Below, one piece after another: positions 15,779 through 24,872 of a stretch of DNA of 39,962 bases. Every line of letters begins with the position of its first letter. Position 1 is the first letter of the stretch. The position numbers were made by a program, and so were the translations under genes. The notes beneath the pieces were generated by a model. It was not told where the DNA came from. It did not search any database and saw nothing but the letters and a program-made list of their open reading frames with translations. Origin of the DNA: Ktedonobacteraceae bacterium (lineage in GTDB: Bacteria; Chloroflexota; Ktedonobacteria; Ktedonobacterales; Ktedonobacteraceae). The stretch lies in assembly GCA_039937055.1 (NCBI GenBank), contig JBDTHH010000662.1:1-39962 (forward strand), in the 5' to 3' direction.

Positions 15779-17614
15779 ATGCAGAAGAGGACTTTGCCGA
15801 TTACGGCTCCGCAGCAGGGAATGCTGGTATCCATCGATGTCAAAGTCGGTGATGTGGTGCATCGCGGACAGCCTATCGCCGTCATGGAAGCTATGAAAAT
15901 GGAGTTCATAGTGGAGGCCAACCTTGATGGTGTGGTGCGCGAGATCGTGGTGTCCGAAGAAGATGCTATAGCGACCGGGCAGCCTTTGCTGTTCATCGAG
16001 CCGGTAGAGGCTACCCGTGAGCGTGTGGAGCAGGTGAAGTCCATAGACCTGGACGCCATCCGTCCCGACCTGCGGGAAGCGCGGGAGCGGCATGCTATCG
16101 GGTGGGATGAGTCGCGACCGGAGGCCGTAGAGCGCCGCAGGCGCAGTGGGCAGCGCACCGTTCGCGAAAACATTGCCGATCTGTGCGACGCTGACAGTTT
16201 CATCGAGTATGGCGCCTTGGCGCTTGCTGCCCAGCGCCGGCGGCGTCCCCTGGAGGATTTGATCAAGCAAAGTCCGGCCGACGGCCTGGTGACGGGTATC
16301 GGGACGGTCAACGGCACAGTGTTTCCCGCTGAACAGTCGCGCTGCATGGTGCTGGCTTACGACTACACGGTATTCGCCGGCACGCAAGGTGTCATGAATC
16401 ACAAGAAGACCGACCGGCTCTTGCGCCTCGCCCGCCAATGGAAACTACCCATTGTGCTTTTCGCCGAGGGCGGCGGTGGGCGACCAGGCGATACTGACTG
16501 GTCGGGCGTGGCGGGCCTGGACAACACGACCTTCCTCAACTTCGCGCGCCTGAGCGGGCTGGTGCCGCTGGTGGGCATCGTCTCCGGGCGCTGTTTTGCC
16601 GGCAATGCCGCCCTGCTCGGCTGCTGCGACGTGATTATCGCCACGCAAGACGCGACCATCGGCATGGGCGGCCCGGCCATGATCGAGGGCGGCGGCCTGG
16701 GTACCTTCGCGCCGGAGGAGGTTGGCCCGGTCAGCATGCAAGCCCCCAATGGGGTCATCGATGTGCTGGTAGCCGACGAAGCTGAGGCGGTGCGCGTTGG
16801 CAAACAGTATCTGTCATATTTTCAAGGCAACACGACTGACTGGACCTGCCCCGATCAACGTCTGCTGCGCCAGCTTATCCCTGAGAATCGCCTGCGCATC
16901 TACGATATGCATACCGTGATCGAGACACTGGCCGACGAGGATTCAGTGCTGGAATTGCGCCGCCAGTTTGGTCCCGGCATCATCACGGCCTTCATCAGAA
17001 TCGAGGGCCGACCCCTGGGTGTGATCGCCAACAACCCGCAGCATCTGGGCGGTGCGATAGACGCCAACGCCGCCGACAAGGCCGCGCGCTTCATGCAGTT
17101 GTGCGACGCCTTCGGTCTGCCCATGCTTTCCTTATGCGACACGCCAGGCTTCATGGTCGGACCACAGGCGGAGCAGACGGCGCAGGTGCGGCACGTCTCC
17201 CGCATGTTTGTGACGGCCGGCAGCATCAGCGTGCCCTTCTTCAGTGTGATTGTGCGCAAGGGCTATGGACTGGGCGCGCAGGCCATGACCGGTGGCAGCT
17301 TCCACGCGCCTTTCTTCACCGTCGCCTGGCCAAGCGGGGAGTTTGGCGCCATGGGCCTGGAGGGGGCCGTGCGCCTGGGCTATCGCAAAGAACTCGCGGC
17401 CATCAACGACCCGCAGGAACGCCAGGCCACCTTTGAAACGATGGTCGATGAGGCCTACGAGCGCGGGAAGGCCATCAATATGGCCTCCTACCTGGAGATC
17501 GACGATGTCATTGACCCGCTGGAAACACGGCACTGGATTACGCGGGGTCTGCATTCTGTCCCGGCTTCAACCCCTGGCGAGGGTCGGCGGCGGCCTTTCA
17601 TCGATACATGGTGA
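15779..17614 (+). CDS. Biotinyl (BCCP-like) domain fused to an acyl-CoA carboxyltransferase (carboxylase beta-subunit) domain
   Basis: Track ORF 15752..17614 starts at TTG. The ATG at 15779 follows ggaaagag, giving 611 aa. The N-terminus VKVGDVVHRGQPIAVMEAMKMEFIVEA carries the biotinylation motif EAMKM. The remainder is a two-lobe CT domain (LFAEGGGGRPGD.., SLCDTPGFMVGPQAE, VIVRKGYGLGAQAM). Confidence 0.9.
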   Translation: MQKRTLPITAPQQGMLVSIDVKVGDVVHRGQPIAVMEAMKMEFIVEANLDGVVREIVVSEEDAIATGQPLLFIEPVEATRERVEQVKSIDLDAIRPDLREARERHAIGWDESRPEAVERRRRSGQRTVRENIADLCDADSFIEYGALALAAQRRRRPLEDLIKQSPADGLVTGIGTVNGTVFPAEQSRCMVLAYDYTVFAGTQGVMNHKKTDRLLRLARQWKLPIVLFAEGGGGRPGDTDWSGVAGLDNTTFLNFARLSGLVPLVGIVSGRCFAGNAALLGCCDVIIATQDATIGMGGPAMIEGGGLGTFAPEEVGPVSMQAPNGVIDVLVADEAEAVRVGKQYLSYFQGNTTDWTCPDQRLLRQLIPENRLRIYDMHTVIETLADEDSVLELRRQFGPGIITAFIRIEGRPLGVIANNPQHLGGAIDANAADKAARFMQLCDAFGLPMLSLCDTPGFMVGPQAEQTAQVRHVSRMFVTAGSISVPFFSVIVRKGYGLGAQAMTGGSFHAPFFTVAWPSGEFGAMGLEGAVRLGYRKELAAINDPQERQATFETMVDEAYERGKAINMASYLEIDDVIDPLETRHWITRGLHSVPASTPGEGRRRPFIDTW

Positions 17615-17711
17615 GATGAAACATGCTCTACAGCAACGCTGTTACTTAGATCATTTCCTCCCGTTCTAGTTAGAGTAAGCGAAATCATTCATCATCATAG
17701 AAAGATTACAG

Positions 17712-18626
17712 ATGGCCAATTCCGAGCACTCTCAAGCAGCAAATCAAGCAAACACTTCAGTTGAAGCAACCCCATTATCATGGGGCAACGCTTATCTTAT
17801 GTGTCCGCCCGACTACTTTGGGGTTTTCTACGAGATCAATCCCTGGATGCATCAAGAAATTCGTCCGAATTTCGAGCTTGCAGTTGAACAGTGGCACAAT
17901 CTCGTGGCCAACCTCCGGCGCGCGGGAGCAAAAGTCGAAATTATCGAGCCAGTGAAAGATCTGCCCGATATGGTCTTCGTCGCCAATGCGGGCCTTGTTG
18001 ATGGTCAGCGCCTTATCTTGAGCAGATTTCTCCATCCTGAGCGCCAGCCCGAATCAATCTACACCTCGCAGTGGTTCCAGGCTCGCGGTTGTGAAGTAGC
18101 AGAACTGGTTGGCGATAACGCTCTGTCCTTTGAGGGGTGTGGCGATGCCTTCCCATTTGCCGGCAGTCTGCTGGCTGGTTATGGGTTCCGTTCGGACATT
18201 GCCTCTCACGCTGTGCTCTCGCGGCTGCTGGGAGTCCCGGTACATTCGATCAAGCTCGTCGATCCGCGTTTCTACCATCTCGACATCAGCTTCTCTCCGC
18301 TTGATACTCGCCATGCGATCATTAATCCGGCTGCCTGGGATCGGGCGAGTAACGCCATCATCGAACAACTCGTACCTGAGCTGCTCGTGCTCAATCTGGA
18401 TGAAGCGCTGACCTTCTGCGCGAACTCTGTGGTTGTGGGCAAGGTCATTATTATGCCGGCCTGCCCTCCTCGTGTCGGTCGCATCCTCAACGGTTGGGGA
18501 TATGAGGTGTGCGTGTCACCAGTCAGCGAGTTTCTAAAGGCCGGAGGGGCGGTTCGCTGTTTGACTTTGCCACTAGATATGACTATTTCCAGCGCATCCA
18601 CCCCGCCACCTATCGAAGGGAAGTAA
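17712..18626 (+). CDS. Amidinotransferase / dimethylarginine dimethylaminohydrolase-like guanidino-group-modifying enzyme
   Basis: 304 aa. ..YEINPWM.., DMVFVANAG, FYHLDISF and the C-terminal GGAVRCLTLPL (catalytic Cys motif) are typical of the DDAH/arginine deiminase/amidinotransferase fold. Confidence 0.85.
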   Translation: MANSEHSQAANQANTSVEATPLSWGNAYLMCPPDYFGVFYEINPWMHQEIRPNFELAVEQWHNLVANLRRAGAKVEIIEPVKDLPDMVFVANAGLVDGQRLILSRFLHPERQPESIYTSQWFQARGCEVAELVGDNALSFEGCGDAFPFAGSLLAGYGFRSDIASHAVLSRLLGVPVHSIKLVDPRFYHLDISFSPLDTRHAIINPAAWDRASNAIIEQLVPELLVLNLDEALTFCANSVVVGKVIIMPACPPRVGRILNGWGYEVCVSPVSEFLKAGGAVRCLTLPLDMTISSASTPPPIEGK

Positions 18627-18644
18627 AGTCAACTCACGTTGACT
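18627..18644. terminator. Short hairpin between convergent genes (weak bidirectional terminator candidate)
   Basis: agtcaac-tcac-gttgact: a 7-bp perfect stem with a 4-nt loop, immediately after the amidinotransferase stop and 7 nt from the convergent DUF1801-like stop. No clean U-tract. Confidence 0.3.
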
Positions 18645-18651
18645 CTCTTCT

Positions 18652-19008
18652 TCAGGCAACATTGTGGGCGACGGCAGCACGAATGAGATCTTTCAAAGCT
18701 GACTCATCAACTGCGTCGCCCTCACGGAAGTCTATCGCTCGCGTTTTTTTCGCATCAAGGCCTGCATTGAAAAGTGTATGTGGGTCTTCCAAGGAGGCAC
18801 CCTGGAAAAAATTCATTTTTAGGGTTTGCTTGAAAGTGGCGACGGCACACACAAGCCCCTTGTGAGACCAGACCGCAGTCTCCCACTTCCATTCTTCAGT
18901 GATGTCGGGATCAACCTCAAGGATAAGTGCGCGCAGCCGGGCGAACAGTTGGCCGCGCCAGCCGGCAAGTTCTGCGATTTGTTGGTCGATACGTTCAGAT
19001 GGATTCAT
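18652..19008 (-). CDS. DUF1801 (YdhG-like) domain protein
   Basis: Track ORF 18652..19191. I moved the start to MNPSERIDQQIAELAGWRG (ATG at 19008, SD aagggaga), giving 118 aa. ..ITEEWKWETAVWSHKGLVCAVATFKQTLKMNFFQGASL is typical of DUF1801 proteins. Confidence 0.75.
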   Translation of the reverse strand: MNPSERIDQQIAELAGWRGQLFARLRALILEVDPDITEEWKWETAVWSHKGLVCAVATFKQTLKMNFFQGASLEDPHTLFNAGLDAKKTRAIDFREGDAVDESALKDLIRAAVAHNVA

Positions 19009-19045
19009 GTACTCTCCCTTTGTTACAATCCAACATCCAGGGTCT

Positions 19046-19270
19046 TCACGGCTTCCTCTGCATACGCCTTTGCGACACACGTTGTGCCGGGCCGCGCTGG
19101 GCTCGTGGCCTTCGTGGTAGGTAGGGAAGCAGCAGGTAGACGCATAGCAGAAGAATCGCCACGACAATGACCACGCGAACAAGCGCATCAAGACTCCCTG
19201 CGATCTCCAGGCCGACCAGGATACCTACAAGAAAGCAGGTGACGCCAAAGGTCATCTGACGCTTCGTCAT
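19046..19270 (-). CDS. Hypothetical small membrane protein (two hydrophobic helices, Arg-rich tail)
   Basis: Track ORF 19046..19294. The ATG at 19270 is preceded by SD gaggagga, giving 74 aa. MTKRQMTFGVTCFLVGILVGLEIAGSLDALVRVVIVVAILLLCVYLLLPYLPRRPRAQRG.. Confidence 0.5.
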   Translation of the reverse strand: MTKRQMTFGVTCFLVGILVGLEIAGSLDALVRVVIVVAILLLCVYLLLPYLPRRPRAQRGPAQRVSQRRMQRKP

Positions 19271-19538
19271 CGGGGTCCTCCTCTGCGATCTCATGTTGAA
19301 TACGCTAGCAGATGGTGATGCAACGCCTCAAGCATACCTTATTCCAACAGGAAAAACAAGCGTTCTAGTTGCAGTATGATTTTCCTGGATCTCTCTCTCT
19401 CTGCTGTCCAAAGAGAGCAAGATTGAAGAAGAAAAAGCACCATTGGTATGCTACACTTTCTTTGGGGATAGATATAGCCCTCGATAGAACTGTCTCTCCA
19501 AATTCCGCATAGTCATTGTGAAAGAAGGAAGTAAATCA

Positions 19539-19916
19539 ATGTTCAACGATACGAAAGCATTTTCCGGTTTTGCGGTAAACGACGTGCAAAAAGCGAAGGA
19601 GTTCTATGGCCAGACGCTTGGGCTAGACGTAACCGAAGCGCACGGGATGTTAGAGCTGCATATCGCTGGCGGGACGAAGATCTTGATGTATCCGAAGGAG
19701 AACCATACTCCGGCCACATTCACCATCCTGAATTTCCCTGTCGACAACGTTGAGCAAGCCGTAGACGAGCTGGCCAGGCGCGGCGTGCATTTTGAGTCCT
19801 ATAATGAAGAAGGTGGCCTGGTGACAGACGCAAAGGGGATTTTCCACGGCGGGGGTCCGAAGATCGCCTGGTTTAAAGACCCGGCCGGCAATATATTGTC
19901 GGTACTTGAAGGGTAG
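19539..19916 (+). CDS. VOC-family (glyoxalase / bleomycin-resistance / dioxygenase fold) protein
   Basis: Track ORF 19518..19916 starts at GTG. The ATG at 19539 follows gaaggaag, giving 125 aa. [29 protein letters not shown].. and ..[16 protein letters not shown] are typical VOC beta-alpha-beta-beta-beta module ends. Confidence 0.88.
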   Translation: MFNDTKAFSGFAVNDVQKAKEFYGQTLGLDVTEAHGMLELHIAGGTKILMYPKENHTPATFTILNFPVDNVEQAVDELARRGVHFESYNEEGGLVTDAKGIFHGGGPKIAWFKDPAGNILSVLEG

Positions 19917-20046
19917 GTGGGAACAGGCGTTTCCTCCAGCTTGATACTAAAAAGGTACCCCTCAAGATCGAGCGCATCTGCGCAGATGCGCTCGATCTTG
20001 AGGGGTACCTTTTTAGTATCAAGCTGGAGGAAACGCCTGTTCCCAC
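19917..20046. other. Non-coding core of the palindrome (65 bp either side of the axis 19981|19982), lying between the two convergent VOC gene copies
   Basis: ...ctaaaaaggtacccctcaagatcgagcgcatctgc|gcagatgcgctcgatcttgaggggtacctttttag... As written it would fold into one long perfect hairpin with no loop. Confidence 0.9.
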
Positions 20047-20424
20047 CTACCCTTCAAGTACCGACAATATATTGCCGGCCGGGTCTTTAAACCAGGCGAT
20101 CTTCGGACCCCCGCCGTGGAAAATCCCCTTTGCGTCTGTCACCAGGCCACCTTCTTCATTATAGGACTCAAAATGCACGCCGCGCCTGGCCAGCTCGTCT
20201 ACGGCTTGCTCAACGTTGTCGACAGGGAAATTCAGGATGGTGAATGTGGCCGGAGTATGGTTCTCCTTCGGATACATCAAGATCTTCGTCCCGCCAGCGA
20301 TATGCAGCTCTAACATCCCGTGCGCTTCGGTTACGTCTAGCCCAAGCGTCTGGCCATAGAACTCCTTCGCTTTTTGCACGTCGTTTACCGCAAAACCGGA
20401 AAATGCTTTCGTATCGTTGAACAT
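20047..20424 (-). CDS. VOC-family protein (mirror copy)
   Basis: Exact reverse-complement twin of 19539..19916(+); identical translation. Confidence 0.88.
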   Translation of the reverse strand: MFNDTKAFSGFAVNDVQKAKEFYGQTLGLDVTEAHGMLELHIAGGTKILMYPKENHTPATFTILNFPVDNVEQAVDELARRGVHFESYNEEGGLVTDAKGIFHGGGPKIAWFKDPAGNILSVLEG

Positions 20425-20692
20425 TGATTTACTTCCTTCTTTCACAATGACTATGCGGAATTTGGAGAGACAGTTCTATCGAGGGCTATATCTATCCCCA
20501 AAGAAAGTGTAGCATACCAATGGTGCTTTTTCTTCTTCAATCTTGCTCTCTTTGGACAGCAGAGAGAGAGAGATCCAGGAAAATCATACTGCAACTAGAA
20601 CGCTTGTTTTTCCTGTTGGAATAAGGTATGCTTGAGGCGTTGCATCACCATCTGCTAGCGTATTCAACATGAGATCGCAGAGGAGGACCCCG

Positions 20693-20917
20693 ATGACGAA
20701 GCGTCAGATGACCTTTGGCGTCACCTGCTTTCTTGTAGGTATCCTGGTCGGCCTGGAGATCGCAGGGAGTCTTGATGCGCTTGTTCGCGTGGTCATTGTC
20801 GTGGCGATTCTTCTGCTATGCGTCTACCTGCTGCTTCCCTACCTACCACGAAGGCCACGAGCCCAGCGCGGCCCGGCACAACGTGTGTCGCAAAGGCGTA
20901 TGCAGAGGAAGCCGTGA
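20693..20917 (+). CDS. Hypothetical small membrane protein (mirror copy)
   Basis: Exact reverse-complement twin of 19046..19270(-). Confidence 0.5.
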   Translation: MTKRQMTFGVTCFLVGILVGLEIAGSLDALVRVVIVVAILLLCVYLLLPYLPRRPRAQRGPAQRVSQRRMQRKP

Positions 20918-20954
20918 AGACCCTGGATGTTGGATTGTAACAAAGGGAGAGTAC

Positions 20955-21311
20955 ATGAATCCATCTGAACGTATCGACCAACAAATCGCAGAACTTGCCG
21001 GCTGGCGCGGCCAACTGTTCGCCCGGCTGCGCGCACTTATCCTTGAGGTTGATCCCGACATCACTGAAGAATGGAAGTGGGAGACTGCGGTCTGGTCTCA
21101 CAAGGGGCTTGTGTGTGCCGTCGCCACTTTCAAGCAAACCCTAAAAATGAATTTTTTCCAGGGTGCCTCCTTGGAAGACCCACATACACTTTTCAATGCA
21201 GGCCTTGATGCGAAAAAAACGCGAGCGATAGACTTCCGTGAGGGCGACGCAGTTGATGAGTCAGCTTTGAAAGATCTCATTCGTGCTGCCGTCGCCCACA
21301 ATGTTGCCTGA
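20955..21311 (+). CDS. DUF1801 (YdhG-like) domain protein (mirror copy)
   Basis: Exact reverse-complement twin of 18652..19008(-). Confidence 0.75.
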   Translation: MNPSERIDQQIAELAGWRGQLFARLRALILEVDPDITEEWKWETAVWSHKGLVCAVATFKQTLKMNFFQGASLEDPHTLFNAGLDAKKTRAIDFREGDAVDESALKDLIRAAVAHNVA

Positions 21312-21318
21312 AGAAGAG

Positions 21319-21336
21319 AGTCAACGTGAGTTGACT
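21319..21336. terminator. Short hairpin between convergent genes (mirror copy)
   Basis: Twin of 18627..18644. Confidence 0.3.
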
Positions 21337-22251
21337 TTACTTCCCTTCGATAGGTGGCGGGGTGGATGCGCTGGAAATAGTCATATCTAGTGGCAAAGTC
21401 AAACAGCGAACCGCCCCTCCGGCCTTTAGAAACTCGCTGACTGGTGACACGCACACCTCATATCCCCAACCGTTGAGGATGCGACCGACACGAGGAGGGC
21501 AGGCCGGCATAATAATGACCTTGCCCACAACCACAGAGTTCGCGCAGAAGGTCAGCGCTTCATCCAGATTGAGCACGAGCAGCTCAGGTACGAGTTGTTC
21601 GATGATGGCGTTACTCGCCCGATCCCAGGCAGCCGGATTAATGATCGCATGGCGAGTATCAAGCGGAGAGAAGCTGATGTCGAGATGGTAGAAACGCGGA
21701 TCGACGAGCTTGATCGAATGTACCGGGACTCCCAGCAGCCGCGAGAGCACAGCGTGAGAGGCAATGTCCGAACGGAACCCATAACCAGCCAGCAGACTGC
21801 CGGCAAATGGGAAGGCATCGCCACACCCCTCAAAGGACAGAGCGTTATCGCCAACCAGTTCTGCTACTTCACAACCGCGAGCCTGGAACCACTGCGAGGT
21901 GTAGATTGATTCGGGCTGGCGCTCAGGATGGAGAAATCTGCTCAAGATAAGGCGCTGACCATCAACAAGGCCCGCATTGGCGACGAAGACCATATCGGGC
22001 AGATCTTTCACTGGCTCGATAATTTCGACTTTTGCTCCCGCGCGCCGGAGGTTGGCCACGAGATTGTGCCACTGTTCAACTGCAAGCTCGAAATTCGGAC
22101 GAATTTCTTGATGCATCCAGGGATTGATCTCGTAGAAAACCCCAAAGTAGTCGGGCGGACACATAAGATAAGCGTTGCCCCATGATAATGGGGTTGCTTC
22201 AACTGAAGTGTTTGCTTGATTTGCTGCTTGAGAGTGCTCGGAATTGGCCAT
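21337..22251 (-). CDS. Amidinotransferase / DDAH-like enzyme (mirror copy)
   Basis: Exact reverse-complement twin of 17712..18626(+). Confidence 0.85.
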   Translation of the reverse strand: MANSEHSQAANQANTSVEATPLSWGNAYLMCPPDYFGVFYEINPWMHQEIRPNFELAVEQWHNLVANLRRAGAKVEIIEPVKDLPDMVFVANAGLVDGQRLILSRFLHPERQPESIYTSQWFQARGCEVAELVGDNALSFEGCGDAFPFAGSLLAGYGFRSDIASHAVLSRLLGVPVHSIKLVDPRFYHLDISFSPLDTRHAIINPAAWDRASNAIIEQLVPELLVLNLDEALTFCANSVVVGKVIIMPACPPRVGRILNGWGYEVCVSPVSEFLKAGGAVRCLTLPLDMTISSASTPPPIEGK

Positions 22252-22348
22252 CTGTAATCTTTCTATGATGATGAATGATTTCGCTTACTCTAACTAGAAC
22301 GGGAGGAAATGATCTAAGTAACAGCGTTGCTGTAGAGCATGTTTCATC

Positions 22349-24184
22349 TCACCATGTATCGATGAAAGGCCGCCGCCGACCCTCGCCAGGGGTTGAAGCC
22401 GGGACAGAATGCAGACCCCGCGTAATCCAGTGCCGTGTTTCCAGCGGGTCAATGACATCGTCGATCTCCAGGTAGGAGGCCATATTGATGGCCTTCCCGC
22501 GCTCGTAGGCCTCATCGACCATCGTTTCAAAGGTGGCCTGGCGTTCCTGCGGGTCGTTGATGGCCGCGAGTTCTTTGCGATAGCCCAGGCGCACGGCCCC
22601 CTCCAGGCCCATGGCGCCAAACTCCCCGCTTGGCCAGGCGACGGTGAAGAAAGGCGCGTGGAAGCTGCCACCGGTCATGGCCTGCGCGCCCAGTCCATAG
22701 CCCTTGCGCACAATCACACTGAAGAAGGGCACGCTGATGCTGCCGGCCGTCACAAACATGCGGGAGACGTGCCGCACCTGCGCCGTCTGCTCCGCCTGTG
22801 GTCCGACCATGAAGCCTGGCGTGTCGCATAAGGAAAGCATGGGCAGACCGAAGGCGTCGCACAACTGCATGAAGCGCGCGGCCTTGTCGGCGGCGTTGGC
22901 GTCTATCGCACCGCCCAGATGCTGCGGGTTGTTGGCGATCACACCCAGGGGTCGGCCCTCGATTCTGATGAAGGCCGTGATGATGCCGGGACCAAACTGG
23001 CGGCGCAATTCCAGCACTGAATCCTCGTCGGCCAGTGTCTCGATCACGGTATGCATATCGTAGATGCGCAGGCGATTCTCAGGGATAAGCTGGCGCAGCA
23101 GACGTTGATCGGGGCAGGTCCAGTCAGTCGTGTTGCCTTGAAAATATGACAGATACTGTTTGCCAACGCGCACCGCCTCAGCTTCGTCGGCTACCAGCAC
23201 ATCGATGACCCCATTGGGGGCTTGCATGCTGACCGGGCCAACCTCCTCCGGCGCGAAGGTACCCAGGCCGCCGCCCTCGATCATGGCCGGGCCGCCCATG
23301 CCGATGGTCGCGTCTTGCGTGGCGATAATCACGTCGCAGCAGCCGAGCAGGGCGGCATTGCCGGCAAAACAGCGCCCGGAGACGATGCCCACCAGCGGCA
23401 CCAGCCCGCTCAGGCGCGCGAAGTTGAGGAAGGTCGTGTTGTCCAGGCCCGCCACGCCCGACCAGTCAGTATCGCCTGGTCGCCCACCGCCGCCCTCGGC
23501 GAAAAGCACAATGGGTAGTTTCCATTGGCGGGCGAGGCGCAAGAGCCGGTCGGTCTTCTTGTGATTCATGACACCTTGCGTGCCGGCGAATACCGTGTAG
23601 TCGTAAGCCAGCACCATGCAGCGCGACTGTTCAGCGGGAAACACTGTGCCGTTGACCGTCCCGATACCCGTCACCAGGCCGTCGGCCGGACTTTGCTTGA
23701 TCAAATCCTCCAGGGGACGCCGCCGGCGCTGGGCAGCAAGCGCCAAGGCGCCATACTCGATGAAACTGTCAGCGTCGCACAGATCGGCAATGTTTTCGCG
23801 AACGGTGCGCTGCCCACTGCGCCTGCGGCGCTCTACGGCCTCCGGTCGCGACTCATCCCACCCGATAGCATGCCGCTCCCGCGCTTCCCGCAGGTCGGGA
23901 CGGATGGCGTCCAGGTCTATGGACTTCACCTGCTCCACACGCTCACGGGTAGCCTCTACCGGCTCGATGAACAGCAAAGGCTGCCCGGTCGCTATAGCAT
24001 CTTCTTCGGACACCACGATCTCGCGCACCACACCATCAAGGTTGGCCTCCACTATGAACTCCATTTTCATAGCTTCCATGACGGCGATAGGCTGTCCGCG
24101 ATGCACCACATCACCGACTTTGACATCGATGGATACCAGCATTCCCTGCTGCGGAGCCGTAATCGGCAAAGTCCTCTTCTGCAT
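22349..24184 (-). CDS. Biotinyl domain::carboxyltransferase fusion (mirror copy)
   Basis: Exact reverse-complement twin of 15779..17614(+). Confidence 0.9.
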   Translation of the reverse strand: MQKRTLPITAPQQGMLVSIDVKVGDVVHRGQPIAVMEAMKMEFIVEANLDGVVREIVVSEEDAIATGQPLLFIEPVEATRERVEQVKSIDLDAIRPDLREARERHAIGWDESRPEAVERRRRSGQRTVRENIADLCDADSFIEYGALALAAQRRRRPLEDLIKQSPADGLVTGIGTVNGTVFPAEQSRCMVLAYDYTVFAGTQGVMNHKKTDRLLRLARQWKLPIVLFAEGGGGRPGDTDWSGVAGLDNTTFLNFARLSGLVPLVGIVSGRCFAGNAALLGCCDVIIATQDATIGMGGPAMIEGGGLGTFAPEEVGPVSMQAPNGVIDVLVADEAEAVRVGKQYLSYFQGNTTDWTCPDQRLLRQLIPENRLRIYDMHTVIETLADEDSVLELRRQFGPGIITAFIRIEGRPLGVIANNPQHLGGAIDANAADKAARFMQLCDAFGLPMLSLCDTPGFMVGPQAEQTAQVRHVSRMFVTAGSISVPFFSVIVRKGYGLGAQAMTGGSFHAPFFTVAWPSGEFGAMGLEGAVRLGYRKELAAINDPQERQATFETMVDEAYERGKAINMASYLEIDDVIDPLETRHWITRGLHSVPASTPGEGRRRPFIDTW

Positions 24185-24872
24185 AAAACTCTTTCCGTTA
24201 GCGTCGCTCAAATTAAGAAAGGTGCCGGTTTCGACACTCTTCCATGTTATCTTATCACGTGTGGCGCATGAGTGTGACCAGAATCGACCTCTTCACCCAG
24301 ACCCCGGTTGATACAAACACAGTCCCAGTGTACATGGATGTCATCCAAATTTGGGAGCCGTTTGTATACTGATTTTATGAGGGGCCTGAGTAGGGGCGAA
24401 CGCACTTGAGAAAAGGGAAATGGCCATCACTCGTTCTCAGGCAAGCAGGAGAACTATGAAGCTCCAGGCCAGAGATACTGTAGCGCTAAACTGAAGCATA
24501 AACAATTAGCCCTTGATAATTGTATTTCTATATGTTATCATCGAAAAGTGATGATTCTGCTAGTCATTACGGGCCAGGAATAAAGTATAATTCTAAATAT
24601 TTTAGCGGGCAAAAAGGAATATGTGTCTCCCCTCGATGCAGATACATATTTCCTATAGTCTGAAATCCTGGCTTTCTTTGGAAGAAGTATGGGTCAGGTT
24701 GCTGTGTAGCCTACTCGAAAATCTACCCCGCACCGCATGATGCGCCGATCACCCGAGGTGGCATATGCCTCACCGTTACCTTCGTTTGTCGTACTTATAA
24801 TATGTTTTCCACTTATACTGTATTACAGTATACTGGGAGACCATGAGCAGAACACGCTTCAGGAGGTACAAC
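24185..24872. promoter_or_regulatory. AT-rich divergent control region (mirror copy)
   Basis: Twin of 15091..15778. Candidate hhyS promoter: -35 TTCCAC 24807..24812 and -10 TATACT 24829..24834 on the + strand. Confidence 0.45.
24814..24832. promoter_or_regulatory. 19-bp perfect palindrome tatactgta-t-tacagtata (candidate operator, mirror copy)
   Basis: Twin of 15131..15149. Confidence 0.35.

Noticed and set aside
19391-19402. (CT)6 microsatellite in the 19271..19538 divergent intergenic region
   Set aside because: It is too short to be a meaningful phase-variation tract and is not positioned within a promoter spacer or a coding region that I can define.
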